This document shows, piece by piece, positions 10,427-21,057 of a DNA stretch of 64,000 nt. The notes below the pieces were generated by a model. The model did no database searches. It had not been told where the DNA came from and saw only the letters and a list, made by a program, of their open reading frames with translations. This stretch comes from Salinispira sp. (lineage in GTDB: Bacteria > Spirochaetota > Spirochaetia > DSM-27196 > Salinispiraceae). The position numbers and the translations under genes were made by a program. Numbering within the stretch: position 1 is the first letter of the stretch; each line of letters starts with the position of its first letter. The stretch lies in assembly GCA_965602015.1 (NCBI GenBank), contig OZ271918.1:3520001-3584000 (forward strand). The letters are read 5' to 3'.

Positions 10427-12067
10427 TTACAGAACGACATTTTCCCGGTATTCTCCGAACACGTCCTTGAGTACTCCGACGATTTCGCCCAGGGTGACGT
10501 AGGACCGGGCCGCTTCGACGAACAAGGGCATGAGGTTATCGCTGCCCTCGGCGCATTTTCTGATATCAGCGAGAATCGTATTTACCCGCTCGGCATCCCT
10601 ACCGGCTTTGACTTCGGCAAGCCGCCGAATCTGCTTCTTTTCGACTTCCGGGTCAACCCGGTGAAGACCCTTCGGGGAAGTCTCTTCGATCTGGAATTTA
10701 TTAACGCCGACGATTATCCGCTGGCCGGATTCTATATCTTTCTGGTACTCGTACGCGCTGTTTTGAATTTCCCGTTGGGGCCAGCCTTCTTCGATTGCCC
10801 TGACCATGCCACCCATGTTGTCCACCGTCTCAATGTAGCCCATGGCGCGTTCTTCGATGTCGTCGGTGAGGGATTCGATGTAATAGGAGCCCGCCAACGG
10901 ATCGATGGTGCCGGTGACGCCGCTTTCCTCCGCGACGATCTGCTGGGTCCGCAGCGCGATGCGGACGCTCTCTTCGGTCGGCAGCGCCAGGGCTTCGTCC
11001 CGGGAGTTGGTGTGAAGGCTCTGGGTGCCTCCGAGCACCGCCGCCAGGGTCTGAATGGTGACCCGCACAATGTTGTTGTCCGGCTGCTGGGCGGTTAAGG
11101 TGGATCCGGCGGTCTGAGTGTGAAAGCGGAGCATCATCGACTTGTCCTTTTTGGCCCCGAAGCGCTCCTTCATTATTTTTGCCCAGAGCCGGCGGGCAGC
11201 CCGGTATTTCGCTACCTCTTCCAGCATATCGTTGTGGGCATTAAAGAAGAAGGAGAGCCGGGGGGCGAAACTGTCCACATCAAGCCCGGCTTTAATGGCC
11301 GCCTCCACGTAGGCTATGCCGTCCGCCAGGGTGAGCCCCACTTCCTGAGCCGCGGTGGAACCGGCTTCCCTGATGTGGTAACCGGAAATTGAGATGGTAT
11401 TCCAACCGGGAACTTCGCGGCTACAGTAGGCGAACAGGTCGGTGGTCAGACGCATGGAGGGCCCCGGAGGGAAAATGTAGGTGCCCCGGGCTATGTACTC
11501 TTTTAATATGTCGTTCTGAACAGTTCCCTTGAGGGCGTCCGGGGAAATCCCCCGTTTTTCCGCCAGTGCGATGTAAAAGGCCAGCAGGATGCTGGCCGTC
11601 GCGTTGGCGGTTACCGAGGTCGATATTTCATCCAGGGGAATGCCGTCGAATAAGCGCTCGAAATCCGCAAGGCTGTCTACGGCGACGCCGACCTTGCCGA
11701 CTTCTCCGGCCGCGATGGGATCATCGCTGTCAAACCCGATTTGGGTGGGCAGATCCATGGCGATCGAAAGGCCGTTCTGACCCTGGGAGAGAAGATATTT
11801 ATACCGTTTATTGGATTCGTCGGCGTCGCCGAAGCCCGCGTACTGGCGCATGGTCCACAAGCGGCCGCGGTACATAGTCGGCTGAACGCCCCGGGTGTAG
11901 GGATACTCGCCGGGAAAGCCCAGCCCTTCATCGGCGGGGTCCGGGCTGTAGAGCGCGTGAATGTCGCTGCCCGAACCGCTGGCGAAGCGCTTCTTCCGTT
12001 CGCCGAAGCGTTCCACCGCCTTGCCGTAGACATCACTCAACCATCGGGAAAAACTCCGGTCTGCCAT
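10427..12067 (-). CDS. Methylmalonyl-CoA mutase, catalytic (N-terminal) subunit
   Basis: [18 protein letters not shown] (Tyr typical of MCM), [29 protein letters not shown]. Confidence 0.95.
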   Translation of the reverse strand: MADRSFSRWLSDVYGKAVERFGERKKRFASGSGSDIHALYSPDPADEGLGFPGEYPYTRGVQPTMYRGRLWTMRQYAGFGDADESNKRYKYLLSQGQNGLSIAMDLPTQIGFDSDDPIAAGEVGKVGVAVDSLADFERLFDGIPLDEISTSVTANATASILLAFYIALAEKRGISPDALKGTVQNDILKEYIARGTYIFPPGPSMRLTTDLFAYCSREVPGWNTISISGYHIREAGSTAAQEVGLTLADGIAYVEAAIKAGLDVDSFAPRLSFFFNAHNDMLEEVAKYRAARRLWAKIMKERFGAKKDKSMMLRFHTQTAGSTLTAQQPDNNIVRVTIQTLAAVLGGTQSLHTNSRDEALALPTEESVRIALRTQQIVAEESGVTGTIDPLAGSYYIESLTDDIEERAMGYIETVDNMGGMVRAIEEGWPQREIQNSAYEYQKDIESGQRIIVGVNKFQIEETSPKGLHRVDPEVEKKQIRRLAEVKAGRDAERVNTILADIRKCAEGSDNLMPLFVEAARSYVTLGEIVGVLKDVFGEYRENVVL

Positions 12068-12178
12068 AGGTCCCCCATCCGCCGGGGAACCAAAACGTAC
12101 TCCCGGTCCCGGCGTATGAACTCATCTTAACAGCAGTTTCGTGAGTTGAGTACCGTGAAATTGTAATGAATTTTCCGC

Positions 12179-13063
12179 TTATATAGCGCTCAGGCTTTCT
12201 GCGATTTCCCGGATATATTCCGGACCGAAACCGCAGCATCCGCCGACTATTCGGGCTCCCCGGCGAACCCAGCCGAGAACCATCTCCCGGTAATCCGGGC
12301 AGCTTACTCCTTCGTCTATGGGGTTGAGCCCCCCCTTGAGGGTGAAATCCGGCCTGACCTGGGTGAATCGGTTGGCATATGCGCCGTATCGCAGCCCCGA
12401 TCCTTCGAGGGACTCAGCCAAGGCATCCAGGGCTGCGTCGATTTCATGGGGCGTTGAGCAGTTAATGAGCACTGCAGACGCCCCCATTTCACTGCAGACC
12501 CCGGCGGCCTCCGCCAGGCTTTCGCCGCTTCTGAGGCGGCCGTTCCCCGAAACCGTGAAACTGATCCAGGTTTCGATTCGCTGTTCTCCCGTATTGGCGA
12601 GAATCGAGCGTGCTTCTGAAACCGTCGAGAGGGTTTCCCCCAGGAGTATGTCTGCGCCTGCCTCCGCTGCGCTGTGAATAAGCTGCGGGTATTCCACAGC
12701 CATCTGCCGCTCATCGACCAGATCCGGTCGATATGACTCGTTCAGCGGAGGTATGCTGGCGGCGATTCGCACGTCCCTGCGGCCCAATACCCGCCGGGCC
12801 TGATGAGCCAGGGCGTAGGAGGCCTTGAGCAGCTCCTCCTTCTGATCCATCAGCCCCGCCATAGTGAGGTAATAGTCCGTGAGGGCATAGCCGTTTGTGG
12901 TAATGACCTGAGAACCCGCACGGATGAAATTCTCATGGGCTTTTTGAATGAGATCCGGCCTGCTCAGAAAGGCCCGGGCCGACCACAGAGGGGCGTCCAG
13001 AGAGACACCCAGTTCGCTGAGGGCCCTGCCCATGCCCCCGTCAAGCAAGGTGACACCGCTCAT
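12179..13063 (-). CDS. Homocysteine S-methyltransferase family protein
   Basis: LLDGGMG, WSA, H.NFIRAGS, INC, IVGGCCG Zn ligands. Confidence 0.9.
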   Translation of the reverse strand: MSGVTLLDGGMGRALSELGVSLDAPLWSARAFLSRPDLIQKAHENFIRAGSQVITTNGYALTDYYLTMAGLMDQKEELLKASYALAHQARRVLGRRDVRIAASIPPLNESYRPDLVDERQMAVEYPQLIHSAAEAGADILLGETLSTVSEARSILANTGEQRIETWISFTVSGNGRLRSGESLAEAAGVCSEMGASAVLINCSTPHEIDAALDALAESLEGSGLRYGAYANRFTQVRPDFTLKGGLNPIDEGVSCPDYREMVLGWVRRGARIVGGCCGFGPEYIREIAESLSAI

Positions 13064-13096
13064 TGGGTCCGCCTCATGGGATTCTCCATGCGGACT

Positions 13097-13693
13097 TCAG
13101 AACCATTGGGATACCGGCGTAATCGAGGGTTTGTATATCATCAAGGCGAATACTACAAGCAGGGGGATGACCCCGGCAAGGGAAATTAACAGGCGAAGTT
13201 TTAACAAGCGCAGCAGTTCCGGGGGTAATTCTTCGGAGAAGCCCTCCCGGTCACCCATCATACGCTTCACCCGGTATTGAGTCGGAATATCCCCGATTAC
13301 CCATATGAGACCTGAAAAAAGAAACAGCAGGAAGCCCAGCGACAGCCATCCGACATCCCAAATACTCCCCTTACTGATGCTGAGCATGATTCCCGCAGCA
13401 GTCGAGATAATAATCAGGGGAGATGAGAAACGGGCGTCGAGCCATGTCACGGTGCGGTAGGTGTACAGCACCGTATCTGAGCTGCCGGAGGCCAGGCTCC
13501 GGGTCTCCCAAAGGATGCCGACCACCGCATTCGCGAAAAATAGACTGGCAGAAAGGATGTGAATGAACAGCAGATGGCCGTAGATATCCCGGCGGTTGAG
13601 CACTTCCATGAGGGCTGCGGGAAACATCAGTGCGAAAAGTATCATCCCGGCCATGGTAATGAGAAAAAAAATGAGTATGGATTTCGACTTCAT
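13097..13693 (-). CDS. Membrane protein (DUF2269-like)
   Basis: Several TM helices, LFIHILS, C-terminal LMIYKP. Confidence 0.65.
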   Translation of the reverse strand: MKSKSILIFFLITMAGMILFALMFPAALMEVLNRRDIYGHLLFIHILSASLFFANAVVGILWETRSLASGSSDTVLYTYRTVTWLDARFSSPLIIISTAAGIMLSISKGSIWDVGWLSLGFLLFLFSGLIWVIGDIPTQYRVKRMMGDREGFSEELPPELLRLLKLRLLISLAGVIPLLVVFALMIYKPSITPVSQWF

Positions 13694-13715
13694 GCTTTCC
13701 TCCGGGTCGGCGAAT

Positions 13716-14507
13716 CTATTTCAGAAGGAACGACAGGGGCACCTCGAGTCTCCGGCGCCAGGCTTTCTCCGAATGGTCGGCTGCTTCGAAGCGGTGGCTG
13801 ATAAAATCCTCGCCGAACTTCCATCCGCTTGCAATAAGATGCTCGTCTACCCGGTTTTGATAGGGCTCATATTCCGCATCAAGATCTTCTGTGCCGAAAT
13901 CGAAGTAAATTCGATGGTTTCCCGGTGCGGGAAGGCGGGGCAGGAAATACTCGACTGTGGGATCATCGGCTGCGCTCCAGTGGGTGGAAAGACAGCCGGC
14001 TCCTTCAAAGCGCTCCGGGTATTCGGTCAGCAGCTCAAGGGATATAAGGCCGCCCATGCTCGAGCCAATGGTGTAGACCGCTGAGTCGGCATCTTCCATT
14101 TCGAGGTGAGCCAATGCGGCGGGAATTGCCCTTTCTACCAGCCATGCCGAATAAATATCTGAAACCGGCTTTTCTGTTTTGGAATGCTCACGGGACAGTT
14201 CAGCCCACAGCGGATCGCCCAACGGCCGGATGAGGGGCATGTACTCCGAGAATCTGGCATTCCCCCCGTTCCAGACTCCCAATACGGCTGTCGGGCGGAT
14301 GGCTTCGAGGGAGGAAAGCCGCTTGAGTGCGGGCGCTATTCCCCAGATGCCGTCGAAGGAATCCTTCTCGAAAAAAAGATTCTGTCCGTCGTGCATGACC
14401 AGCAGGGTCTTGCGCTTCGAATCGCGCCAGTTATCGGGTTTCCAGATCTGTAAGGGCCTCGGCCGGAGCTCGGCGGGAAAATCGATGGTAAGCTCGCTTA
14501 CATCCAT
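13716..14507 (-). CDS. Alpha/beta hydrolase, putative esterase
   Basis: MHDGQNLF, GSSMGG, YFDFGTE, HSEKAW. Confidence 0.88.
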   Translation of the reverse strand: MDVSELTIDFPAELRPRPLQIWKPDNWRDSKRKTLLVMHDGQNLFFEKDSFDGIWGIAPALKRLSSLEAIRPTAVLGVWNGGNARFSEYMPLIRPLGDPLWAELSREHSKTEKPVSDIYSAWLVERAIPAALAHLEMEDADSAVYTIGSSMGGLISLELLTEYPERFEGAGCLSTHWSAADDPTVEYFLPRLPAPGNHRIYFDFGTEDLDAEYEPYQNRVDEHLIASGWKFGEDFISHRFEAADHSEKAWRRRLEVPLSFLLK

Positions 14508-14604
14508 GGTCTCTCCTTTTATGCCCGCATCCGTCCATGCTAGCGGGGTCCACAGCCGAAGGCATTGGCAAAAATACTATTCCCAATCCTCCGGGCTGTC
14601 CAGC

Positions 14605-14640
14605 CGGTTCCGTCGGTTCGTACGGTTCGTACGGCTCCGC
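14605..14640. repeat. Four imperfect 9-bp tandem units (CGGTTCGTA-like) in divergent intergenic region
   Basis: cggttccgt cggttcgta cggttcgta cggctccgc. Confidence 0.7.
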
Positions 14641-14730
14641 CTCTTCAAGCTGAGCCCATCCCATATGGTCTCCCCAGCTGAGTTCTGCTATAATGCCGGC
14701 ACATTTCAGAAGCTAGTTGAGGAAGCGATT

Positions 14731-15900
14731 ATGAGCGGCGAAAAGCAGGGTATGGGCGAAGAGAATTTCGCGGAGATGTTCGAGCAGAGCATGCAGGAAG
14801 TGGGGCGTTATGAGCCCGGCCAGATGGTAGAGACTTCTGTGGTTTCGGTCTCCGGCGGCGCCGTATTCCTCGAACTCGGCGGAAAAAGCGAGGGAGTACT
14901 CGATGCCGACGAACTGCTCGGTGAAGACGGACAGGTCACGGTGCAGGCCGGCGACCAGATCCGGGCGTACTTCGTCGCCGCGAAAAACGGTGAGCTTCAC
15001 TTTACCACCAAAATCAGCGGTGACCGGGCCGGCAGGGAAATGCTTCAGAACGCCTATCAGGCCGGGGTGCCGGTTGAAGGCAATGTTGATAAAGAGATTA
15101 AGGGCGGTTTTGAAGTAAAGGTCGGTGAAACCCGAGCCTTCTGTCCGTTCTCTCAAATGGGTCTGCAGAGGATCGATGACCCCGCCCAATGGGTCGGAAA
15201 AACCCTGACCTTCAAAATAATTGAATATAAAGAAGAAGGTCGAAATGTTCTTGTCTCCCACCGCGTCATATTGGAAGAAGAGCGGCAGCAGCAGATTGAA
15301 AAACTTAAATCAAGTCTCGAAGAGGGTATGACCGTCAGGGGAACTGTTGTCTCGCTCAGGGATTTTGGCGCCTTCGTAGACCTTCAGGGGATACAGGCTC
15401 TGCTTCCGGTCTCGGAAATCAGCAGGAGCCGGATCGATAAGGTCAGTGATACGTTGACCGTCGGTCAGGATATTGATGCGCAAGTCCTGAGCATCGATTG
15501 GGACCGGGAACGAATCTCACTCAGCCTCAAGGCCTTGCAAGCCGATCCCTGGGATGATGCGGAATCGAAATACCCCAGGGGATCAGAACACCAGGGAACC
15601 GTTGTGCGGCTGACGGATTTCGGCGCCTTTGTCAGCCTTGAACCGGGACTCGACGGGCTTATCCATGTATCTGAATTACGGGGAGACGGCGGCAGGGTGA
15701 ATCCCCGGAATGTGCTTTCGAAAGGCGAAGAAATCAGCGTGCGCATCAACTCCGTGGATACCGAAAGTCAGAGAATTTCCCTCAAGCCGGCATCCGTCGC
15801 AGCTGAGGAAGAAGGCATTTCAGATTATCTGGGCAGCGCAGATGACGGTGGCGGTCACAACCCCTTTGCCCAGTTTATGAAGGAAAAGAAGAAAAAGTAA
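14731..15900 (+). CDS. rpsA: Short (four-domain, ~389 aa) ribosomal protein S1 homologue
   Basis: Start reassigned to ATG 14731 (GAGGAAG, TATAAT upstream); GGKSEG, AFCPFSQ, DFGAFVDL, DFGAFVSLEPGLDGLIHVSE repeats. Confidence 0.85.
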   Translation: MSGEKQGMGEENFAEMFEQSMQEVGRYEPGQMVETSVVSVSGGAVFLELGGKSEGVLDADELLGEDGQVTVQAGDQIRAYFVAAKNGELHFTTKISGDRAGREMLQNAYQAGVPVEGNVDKEIKGGFEVKVGETRAFCPFSQMGLQRIDDPAQWVGKTLTFKIIEYKEEGRNVLVSHRVILEEERQQQIEKLKSSLEEGMTVRGTVVSLRDFGAFVDLQGIQALLPVSEISRSRIDKVSDTLTVGQDIDAQVLSIDWDRERISLSLKALQADPWDDAESKYPRGSEHQGTVVRLTDFGAFVSLEPGLDGLIHVSELRGDGGRVNPRNVLSKGEEISVRINSVDTESQRISLKPASVAAEEEGISDYLGSADDGGGHNPFAQFMKEKKKK

Positions 15901-16645
15901 TATCGCCGATAAACTTTCTCCCGCCGCAGAGTTGTTCGTGCTCTTCGGCGATGACTTCCAGAATCGATGAGGGAGCGTCTGCAGCGACAGACATCTCAGG
16001 AATTCGCGGTTCCACAAGTTGCAGGATATCGGCGCTGAGGTCCACGAATGCATCGATGTGCCGGGGAAGCAGGTAAATTCCCGGTACATCGAATTCTCGT
16101 CCGGCATTGTAGAAGTCCTTTATTTCCCGCTGCTTTTCTGCAATGTTCTGCTGAGGGTAGATGTCCAGGGCATCGATCTCGTACCGGGACTCCATAAACA
16201 CCCTCCAGACAGGCCATTCGGGATTTTCTTCCAAAAACTTGAAATCCGCAGCATACCAATCCTTTTTCACTTCCCAAATGAATAACGGATCCTTGTACTC
16301 CTCGCTGAAGCGGGCAACAGTAGGGTGATGGATAAAAAAACCCCAGAGCGAATCGACGATAAGATGATGAAAATATCCCTTGAGGAAGGAGAATAATTTC
16401 TCTTTCGCAGGGTCAGCCTTGGCAAGGTAGTCCCTGATGAATTTGCCGTCCTCCGCATCCCAGATGTTCGCCCCCCGTTTCCGGAAATGCACCAGGTTCC
16501 CGTCCGGGCTATACGTGAGCTTGTCGTCATTGAGCTTTCCCGAATCCGGTGCGAGGTTCCCAATAAGGTAGTAAGGAAAGTCAGGTATTTCCGCCTTCTG
16601 CGCGTAGGCTTCGGCGATGCGAAGATGGGTGATCCAAGTGGCCAT
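15875..16645 (-). CDS. Zinc-dependent phospholipase C-like family protein
   Basis: N-terminal MATWITH, GNLAPD, GYFHHLIVD metal-ligand pattern. Confidence 0.65.
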   Translation of the reverse strand: MATWITHLRIAEAYAQKAEIPDFPYYLIGNLAPDSGKLNDDKLTYSPDGNLVHFRKRGANIWDAEDGKFIRDYLAKADPAKEKLFSFLKGYFHHLIVDSLWGFFIHHPTVARFSEEYKDPLFIWEVKKDWYAADFKFLEENPEWPVWRVFMESRYEIDALDIYPQQNIAEKQREIKDFYNAGREFDVPGIYLLPRHIDAFVDLSADILQLVEPRIPEMSVAADAPSSILEVIAEEHEQLCGGRKFIGDITFSSFPS

Positions 16646-16654
16646 GTGCCGCTC

Positions 16655-17167
16655 CTATTGCCGTCTCGAGGGTCGGGTTTTGACGATTCTCTGATAAATC
16701 ATGTTGTTTGGTATGTGAACCAGTCTGCGATCCTCATCGAGGAGTATCACGAAGAAGCCGTTAATATCCTTGACCCTGCCGCTTATCCCTTCGGGGAGTA
16801 TTTCGATTTCATCGTCGATCTTGAACGGCCGGTAAAAAAACAGCATGACCCCGGCGAAAATATTGCTCAGTATGCTCCATACGGCAAAAAACCCGATGGC
16901 AATCAGGCCCAGGAATCCGGCAATAGAAACCCAGGCATTTTCGAAGGATACTCCCCAGACTACAATCAGGGAGAGCAGGGCCGCGAGGTGAAGCACCACA
17001 GTTTTGGTCTTATGCATCGCCAGGTTACGGGTTTGGGACATTTGATTCTTTTGGACGAAGGAGTCGATGGCCCGCTGACTGAGTTTTTGCATCAATAGGT
17101 CGATGAGGATAACCCCAGCGGATAGAAGGAGCTGGATTACGAGGGTTGTACTAATAAAGTCATTCAT
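16655..17167 (-). CDS. Small mechanosensitive channel (MscS-like) protein
   Basis: Three TM helices, SNIFAG..L...RPFKIDD.I, V.IPN. Confidence 0.85.
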   Translation of the reverse strand: MNDFISTTLVIQLLLSAGVILIDLLMQKLSQRAIDSFVQKNQMSQTRNLAMHKTKTVVLHLAALLSLIVVWGVSFENAWVSIAGFLGLIAIGFFAVWSILSNIFAGVMLFFYRPFKIDDEIEILPEGISGRVKDINGFFVILLDEDRRLVHIPNNMIYQRIVKTRPSRRQ

Positions 17168-17216
17168 AACGTAAGTATACCAAATGCCGGCTCGCGGATC
17201 AGCGGATGGTCTCCCG

Positions 17217-18200
17217 CTACCAACGGATCAGGTTTCCTCCGTATGTCAGCCCGGCGCCGAAACCCACGGTGATGATTCGCTGCCCTTGTTTAAGAAGACC
17301 CTTGCGCAACATTTCATCCAAGGCCAGCGGAATTGATGCCGCGGAGGTATTTGCGTAGCGTTCGAGGTTCATAAAAAACCGCTCTATCGGCAAGCCCAGG
17401 CGCTGTGCGGCGGCTTCAATGATTCTCGAGTTGGCCTGATGGGGAACGAACCAGTCGATGGCGTCTTCATCGGTCTCACAGTCCTTGCAAATCTGCCTGA
17501 TGGTTTGGACGATTGCGTTAACCGCAAACAGATACACTTTTTTCCCGTTCATTTTGATGCTGAAATCCTCAGCCTTCGAGGTCTCCTTGTCGAAGGGCAG
17601 CCTCGTTCCGCCGGCCTCGCGCTTGAGGGCATCAGAATCGGCTCCCTGGGACCTGAGCCAGGAGTGCTCGATGATGTGCCCCGAGGAATCCACCGCTTCG
17701 ACCAGTACAGCTCCGGCTCCGTCGCCGAAGAGCACGCAGGTGTTGCGGTCGCTCCAATTGGTAATTTTAGTGAGAACCTCGGCGCCGATCACCATGACCC
17801 GGCGGACGCTGCCGGCACTCACGAATCCCCGGGCAGTTTCCAGACCGTAGGCAAAGCCGCTGCAGCCCGCCTGTAGATCGAACGCGCCGGAGTTACCGCA
17901 ACCCAGACGATGCTGAACGATGGATGCCGTCGAGGGGAAGGGATTGTAGTCCGGCGACGAAGTCGCCACGATAATCAGGTCGATATCCGCCGCATCGACC
18001 CCCGAACGCTGCAAGAGGGCGCGGCCGGCCTCCACCGCCAGATCGGAAGCAAAGGTCTGGCTGTCGGAAATTCGCCGTTCGCCGATGCCCGTATGGGACC
18101 GTATCCATTCATCGGAGGTAGGCACAGTTTTGGAGAGTTCTTCGTTGCTCACGATTCTCTCGGGAACGTAAGCAGATACCGCTGTGATTCCAATATTCAT
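17217..18200 (-). CDS. fabH: Beta-ketoacyl-ACP synthase III
   Basis: TSDEWI..TGI.ERR, AGCSGF, LFGDGAGA, PHQAN, NTSAAS, GFGAG. Confidence 0.95.
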   Translation of the reverse strand: MNIGITAVSAYVPERIVSNEELSKTVPTSDEWIRSHTGIGERRISDSQTFASDLAVEAGRALLQRSGVDAADIDLIIVATSSPDYNPFPSTASIVQHRLGCGNSGAFDLQAGCSGFAYGLETARGFVSAGSVRRVMVIGAEVLTKITNWSDRNTCVLFGDGAGAVLVEAVDSSGHIIEHSWLRSQGADSDALKREAGGTRLPFDKETSKAEDFSIKMNGKKVYLFAVNAIVQTIRQICKDCETDEDAIDWFVPHQANSRIIEAAAQRLGLPIERFFMNLERYANTSAASIPLALDEMLRKGLLKQGQRIITVGFGAGLTYGGNLIRW

Positions 18201-18262
18201 GGCTCAAGTATATGAAGACCGGCCTGGGCTTACAAGGAGTCAGGGCGCCGCAGACGACGCTC

Positions 18263-18952
18263 TCAGTTATAGAAAATCTCGATCACTTCTTCCCGTGCCG
18301 GAACCTTTCTGGCCTCCAGTTCACGGTGCAGGATAGAAACATCCCAGTCCAGCGTATGCTCTTCAATACGGTAGGCTGCAGGGCCGATTTCCAGCAGCAT
18401 ACACTGCTTTCCCCTGCCATTCTTCATAACGCAGCCCGAGGTTCCGAAACTGATAAACTCGGTCTGGCCGCAGCTACGGCGGAACCGGCGGTGAATGTGG
18501 CCGAACACAATGAGCTCTTCTGCCTGAATGTCGAATTCCGAGCGAAGATCCGCTTGGTTCAGGTCGATTCGTCGCGGGGAGATGATGCCGTCCCGTATGA
18601 AGTGTTGCAGCCGAATACCCGGGGTCGGGGCATGGGCATAGGGCATGGACTGACAGAGGGCTTTTTGATCCTCTCGAAGCTGCCCAACGAGCCATGTATT
18701 GTGCAGGGCCTCGCCTTCCCCGATTCCTGCCTCAGCAGGGGGCTGCATGTATACATACTCTTCATGGTTGCCTTTGAGAAGACGAACTCCGCCTGAAATT
18801 AAACAGTCCAGGGTCTCTGATGGCCAGGGTCCGATTGCGACAGCATCGCCGATGTGGATTATTTCATCGGCGCCAAGATTTCTGCCCAGGTGCAGCGCCG
18901 ACTCGGCTGCCGGCAGGTTTGAATGTATGTCCGAAATCAGAAGAAGGCGCAT
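18263..18952 (-). CDS. Metallophosphoesterase family protein
   Basis: SDIHSN, GDAV, GNHE, GHIH. Confidence 0.9.
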   Translation of the reverse strand: MRLLLISDIHSNLPAAESALHLGRNLGADEIIHIGDAVAIGPWPSETLDCLISGGVRLLKGNHEEYVYMQPPAEAGIGEGEALHNTWLVGQLREDQKALCQSMPYAHAPTPGIRLQHFIRDGIISPRRIDLNQADLRSEFDIQAEELIVFGHIHRRFRRSCGQTEFISFGTSGCVMKNGRGKQCMLLEIGPAAYRIEEHTLDWDVSILHRELEARKVPAREEVIEIFYN

Positions 18953-18983
18953 GCAAAAATCATGGAGGAAAATTGCGAGCCTA

Positions 18984-20213
18984 TCAAGACAGGCTGCGGG
19001 AATTCCCCGTAGGCTCCCGCTGAGCGGACAGGGTCCGATGATGGTATGCGATAATCAGGATGGCCGGAACCATGAGAAACTGCACAATGAGAAACGATAC
19101 CCGGACGCTGAAATGATCGGCGATCAGCCCGATCAGGATGCTCGCCGCGGCGAACAGCAGGCTTCCCAGCAAGGATGCAATTGAACCCATGGTGGCCCTC
19201 AGACTGCTGCTGAATTCCTTTTGCATGAGAGTTTCTTCGGCAACGGACTGTACCCCGAACATCAGACCGCCGAGGCTCATGATAAACGGCGAGAGCTTTG
19301 TTACCCAGATAAGGGAAGCTATCACTAAAACCCGGCCGTATATTCTGCCGAACAGGGCGCATGCCAAAGGACCAAAACGGCGGATAACCGCACCGCTGTA
19401 CCGGAAACTCAGGGCGGCGGTCAGGTTTCCCAAGGTTTTGACAAAACCGATGGCCCAGATGGGGAGAACCTGAGCGATAAAGGCTGCCTGGAACTGGTAC
19501 GCGCCTTCTCCGAATGCGTTGCCCCAGGCCTTCGCCAGGCTGATCCGGCGCAGCGAGGGATTGCGGATGAACAGGCGAAATGCCCTAGTCAGTTCGCCGA
19601 AGGGCTTTCTTTCGGTTGCTGGGGCGTCGGTTTCTTCTGTTGTCCGTATAAAAGCCCCCATGTCGGAAAAAAATACGCTGATCACCAATGCCAGGATCTG
19701 AGGAATTATGGAGACTGCCATCATCAGTCGTAGTGATCGCGCTCCGATAATTCCGCCGAGTACCGCCGATGTGGCCAGGGCGAACTGAAACATGCTGGAC
19801 GTTTTTCCCAGGTATTCGTGAAAATCCTTCTCCCTGTCGAGAACTTCAAGGCTTTCATGGAGAAGGGCATTGTTGTTCCCGCTGAACATCGCACCGGCTG
19901 CCCCACCCAGGGCTGCCGCCAGAGCGAAGACCCAGTATTCCCCGCCGAATGCGAAACCGGCCAGACTCAGAACTCCGAACAAGGTGCCGAGCACAAGGGT
20001 CAGCTTTCTGCCCATAGTGTCCGAAACAAGGCCCAGCGGAATTTCTAACACTGCGGAGCTGATGGTTGCGATTCCGAACACCGCCATGCCTGCCGCGTAA
20101 CTGCCGCTTTCCCGGGCGAAGTATACAATGCCCAGTGCTGCATATGGCCGAAAATCCAGAAGGAAATTATACAGGTAGAACAGTCGGATGTTTCTGGCGG
20201 CTTTGGTCTTCAT
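18984..20213 (-). CDS. MFS transporter
   Basis: About 12 TM helices; EIPLGLVSDTMGRK motif A. Confidence 0.9.
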   Translation of the reverse strand: MKTKAARNIRLFYLYNFLLDFRPYAALGIVYFARESGSYAAGMAVFGIATISSAVLEIPLGLVSDTMGRKLTLVLGTLFGVLSLAGFAFGGEYWVFALAAALGGAAGAMFSGNNNALLHESLEVLDREKDFHEYLGKTSSMFQFALATSAVLGGIIGARSLRLMMAVSIIPQILALVISVFFSDMGAFIRTTEETDAPATERKPFGELTRAFRLFIRNPSLRRISLAKAWGNAFGEGAYQFQAAFIAQVLPIWAIGFVKTLGNLTAALSFRYSGAVIRRFGPLACALFGRIYGRVLVIASLIWVTKLSPFIMSLGGLMFGVQSVAEETLMQKEFSSSLRATMGSIASLLGSLLFAAASILIGLIADHFSVRVSFLIVQFLMVPAILIIAYHHRTLSAQREPTGNSRSLS

Positions 20214-20346
20214 CTCTTGTGCAATCCTACCACATCATCGTCATTTCATAGCAGCGCAGGCAAGAGGCTTAAGAATAGGATCGGTTTTTATCCCGGCGGG
20301 ATCAGCCCCGGGACAGACGGTATTTTTGACTCCGGTGACCCTTCTA

Positions 20347-20976
20347 TCAGACATCGGTTAGCCGCCTGGCCATTTTTACTGACCCGGGATTTTCCTCGAT
20401 GAGTGTAAATCCGTGTTTTTCATAGAACCTGGTGGCAACGAGGTTATCAGGGCCTGTATGGAGATAGACTCCCGGTACATTTTTTCCGGTCAGGATGTCG
20501 GTAAACCTCTGGAGCAACTGACTTCCCAGGCCACGTCCCTGAGCATCGGGGAGCAAATTGATATGCAGGTGCGCGGGATACTCCGGTGAAACCGGAACCG
20601 CTGTTTTATCGATATGAAGTCTTGAGAGAAAAAACTCCTCGACTTCCGAACGGCAGCTCATTGATGGAGGATACCGCAGTCGAAGCGGGGGAAGAAAATC
20701 GTCTTCCATCCAGCGGTAAAATTCTTCCGTGTCCGAGGCGCCGAGAATATAGCCTACGGGAACGCCGTCTTTTTCGGCCACCAGACACAATTCCGGGCTA
20801 TGCGTGACGTATGGCAGCACATAGAGCTGGCCGATAAACCACTGATCGCTGTACAGCTCGCTTCCGTCATCACCGTCGTTGCCGGTTTTTAGGCATATAT
20901 GCATCAGGTGTGGAATATCGCAGGGATGGTACGGTCGGACGCCAATAGTAGCTCTCACGTGCATCTCGGGCTCCAA
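20347..20976 (-). CDS. GNAT acetyltransferase
   Basis: YPAHLHINLLPDAQGRGLG, RFYEKHGF; start codon uncertain. Confidence 0.88.
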   Translation of the reverse strand: MEPEMHVRATIGVRPYHPCDIPHLMHICLKTGNDGDDGSELYSDQWFIGQLYVLPYVTHSPELCLVAEKDGVPVGYILGASDTEEFYRWMEDDFLPPLRLRYPPSMSCRSEVEEFFLSRLHIDKTAVPVSPEYPAHLHINLLPDAQGRGLGSQLLQRFTDILTGKNVPGVYLHTGPDNLVATRFYEKHGFTLIEENPGSVKMARRLTDV

Positions 20977-21057
20977 TGATTATGGTGTTTGTGATGTATC
21001 CTGCATGAATTGCAAATAAATGGCTACCCGATTGTAGACAGCCAATAGATGTACAGG

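Noticed and set aside
12068..12178. Cobalamin riboswitch before the mutase operon
   Set aside because: The region is only ~110 bp and I see no B12-box; only a GC-rich hairpin.
8568..14640. Short repeats at 8568 and 14605 as CRISPR arrays
   Set aside because: Spacerless 9-12 bp tandem units and no cas genes.
14179..14730. N-terminal extension of S1 in the ORF track
   Set aside because: Overlaps the opposite-strand esterase; promoter and RBS point to ATG 14731.
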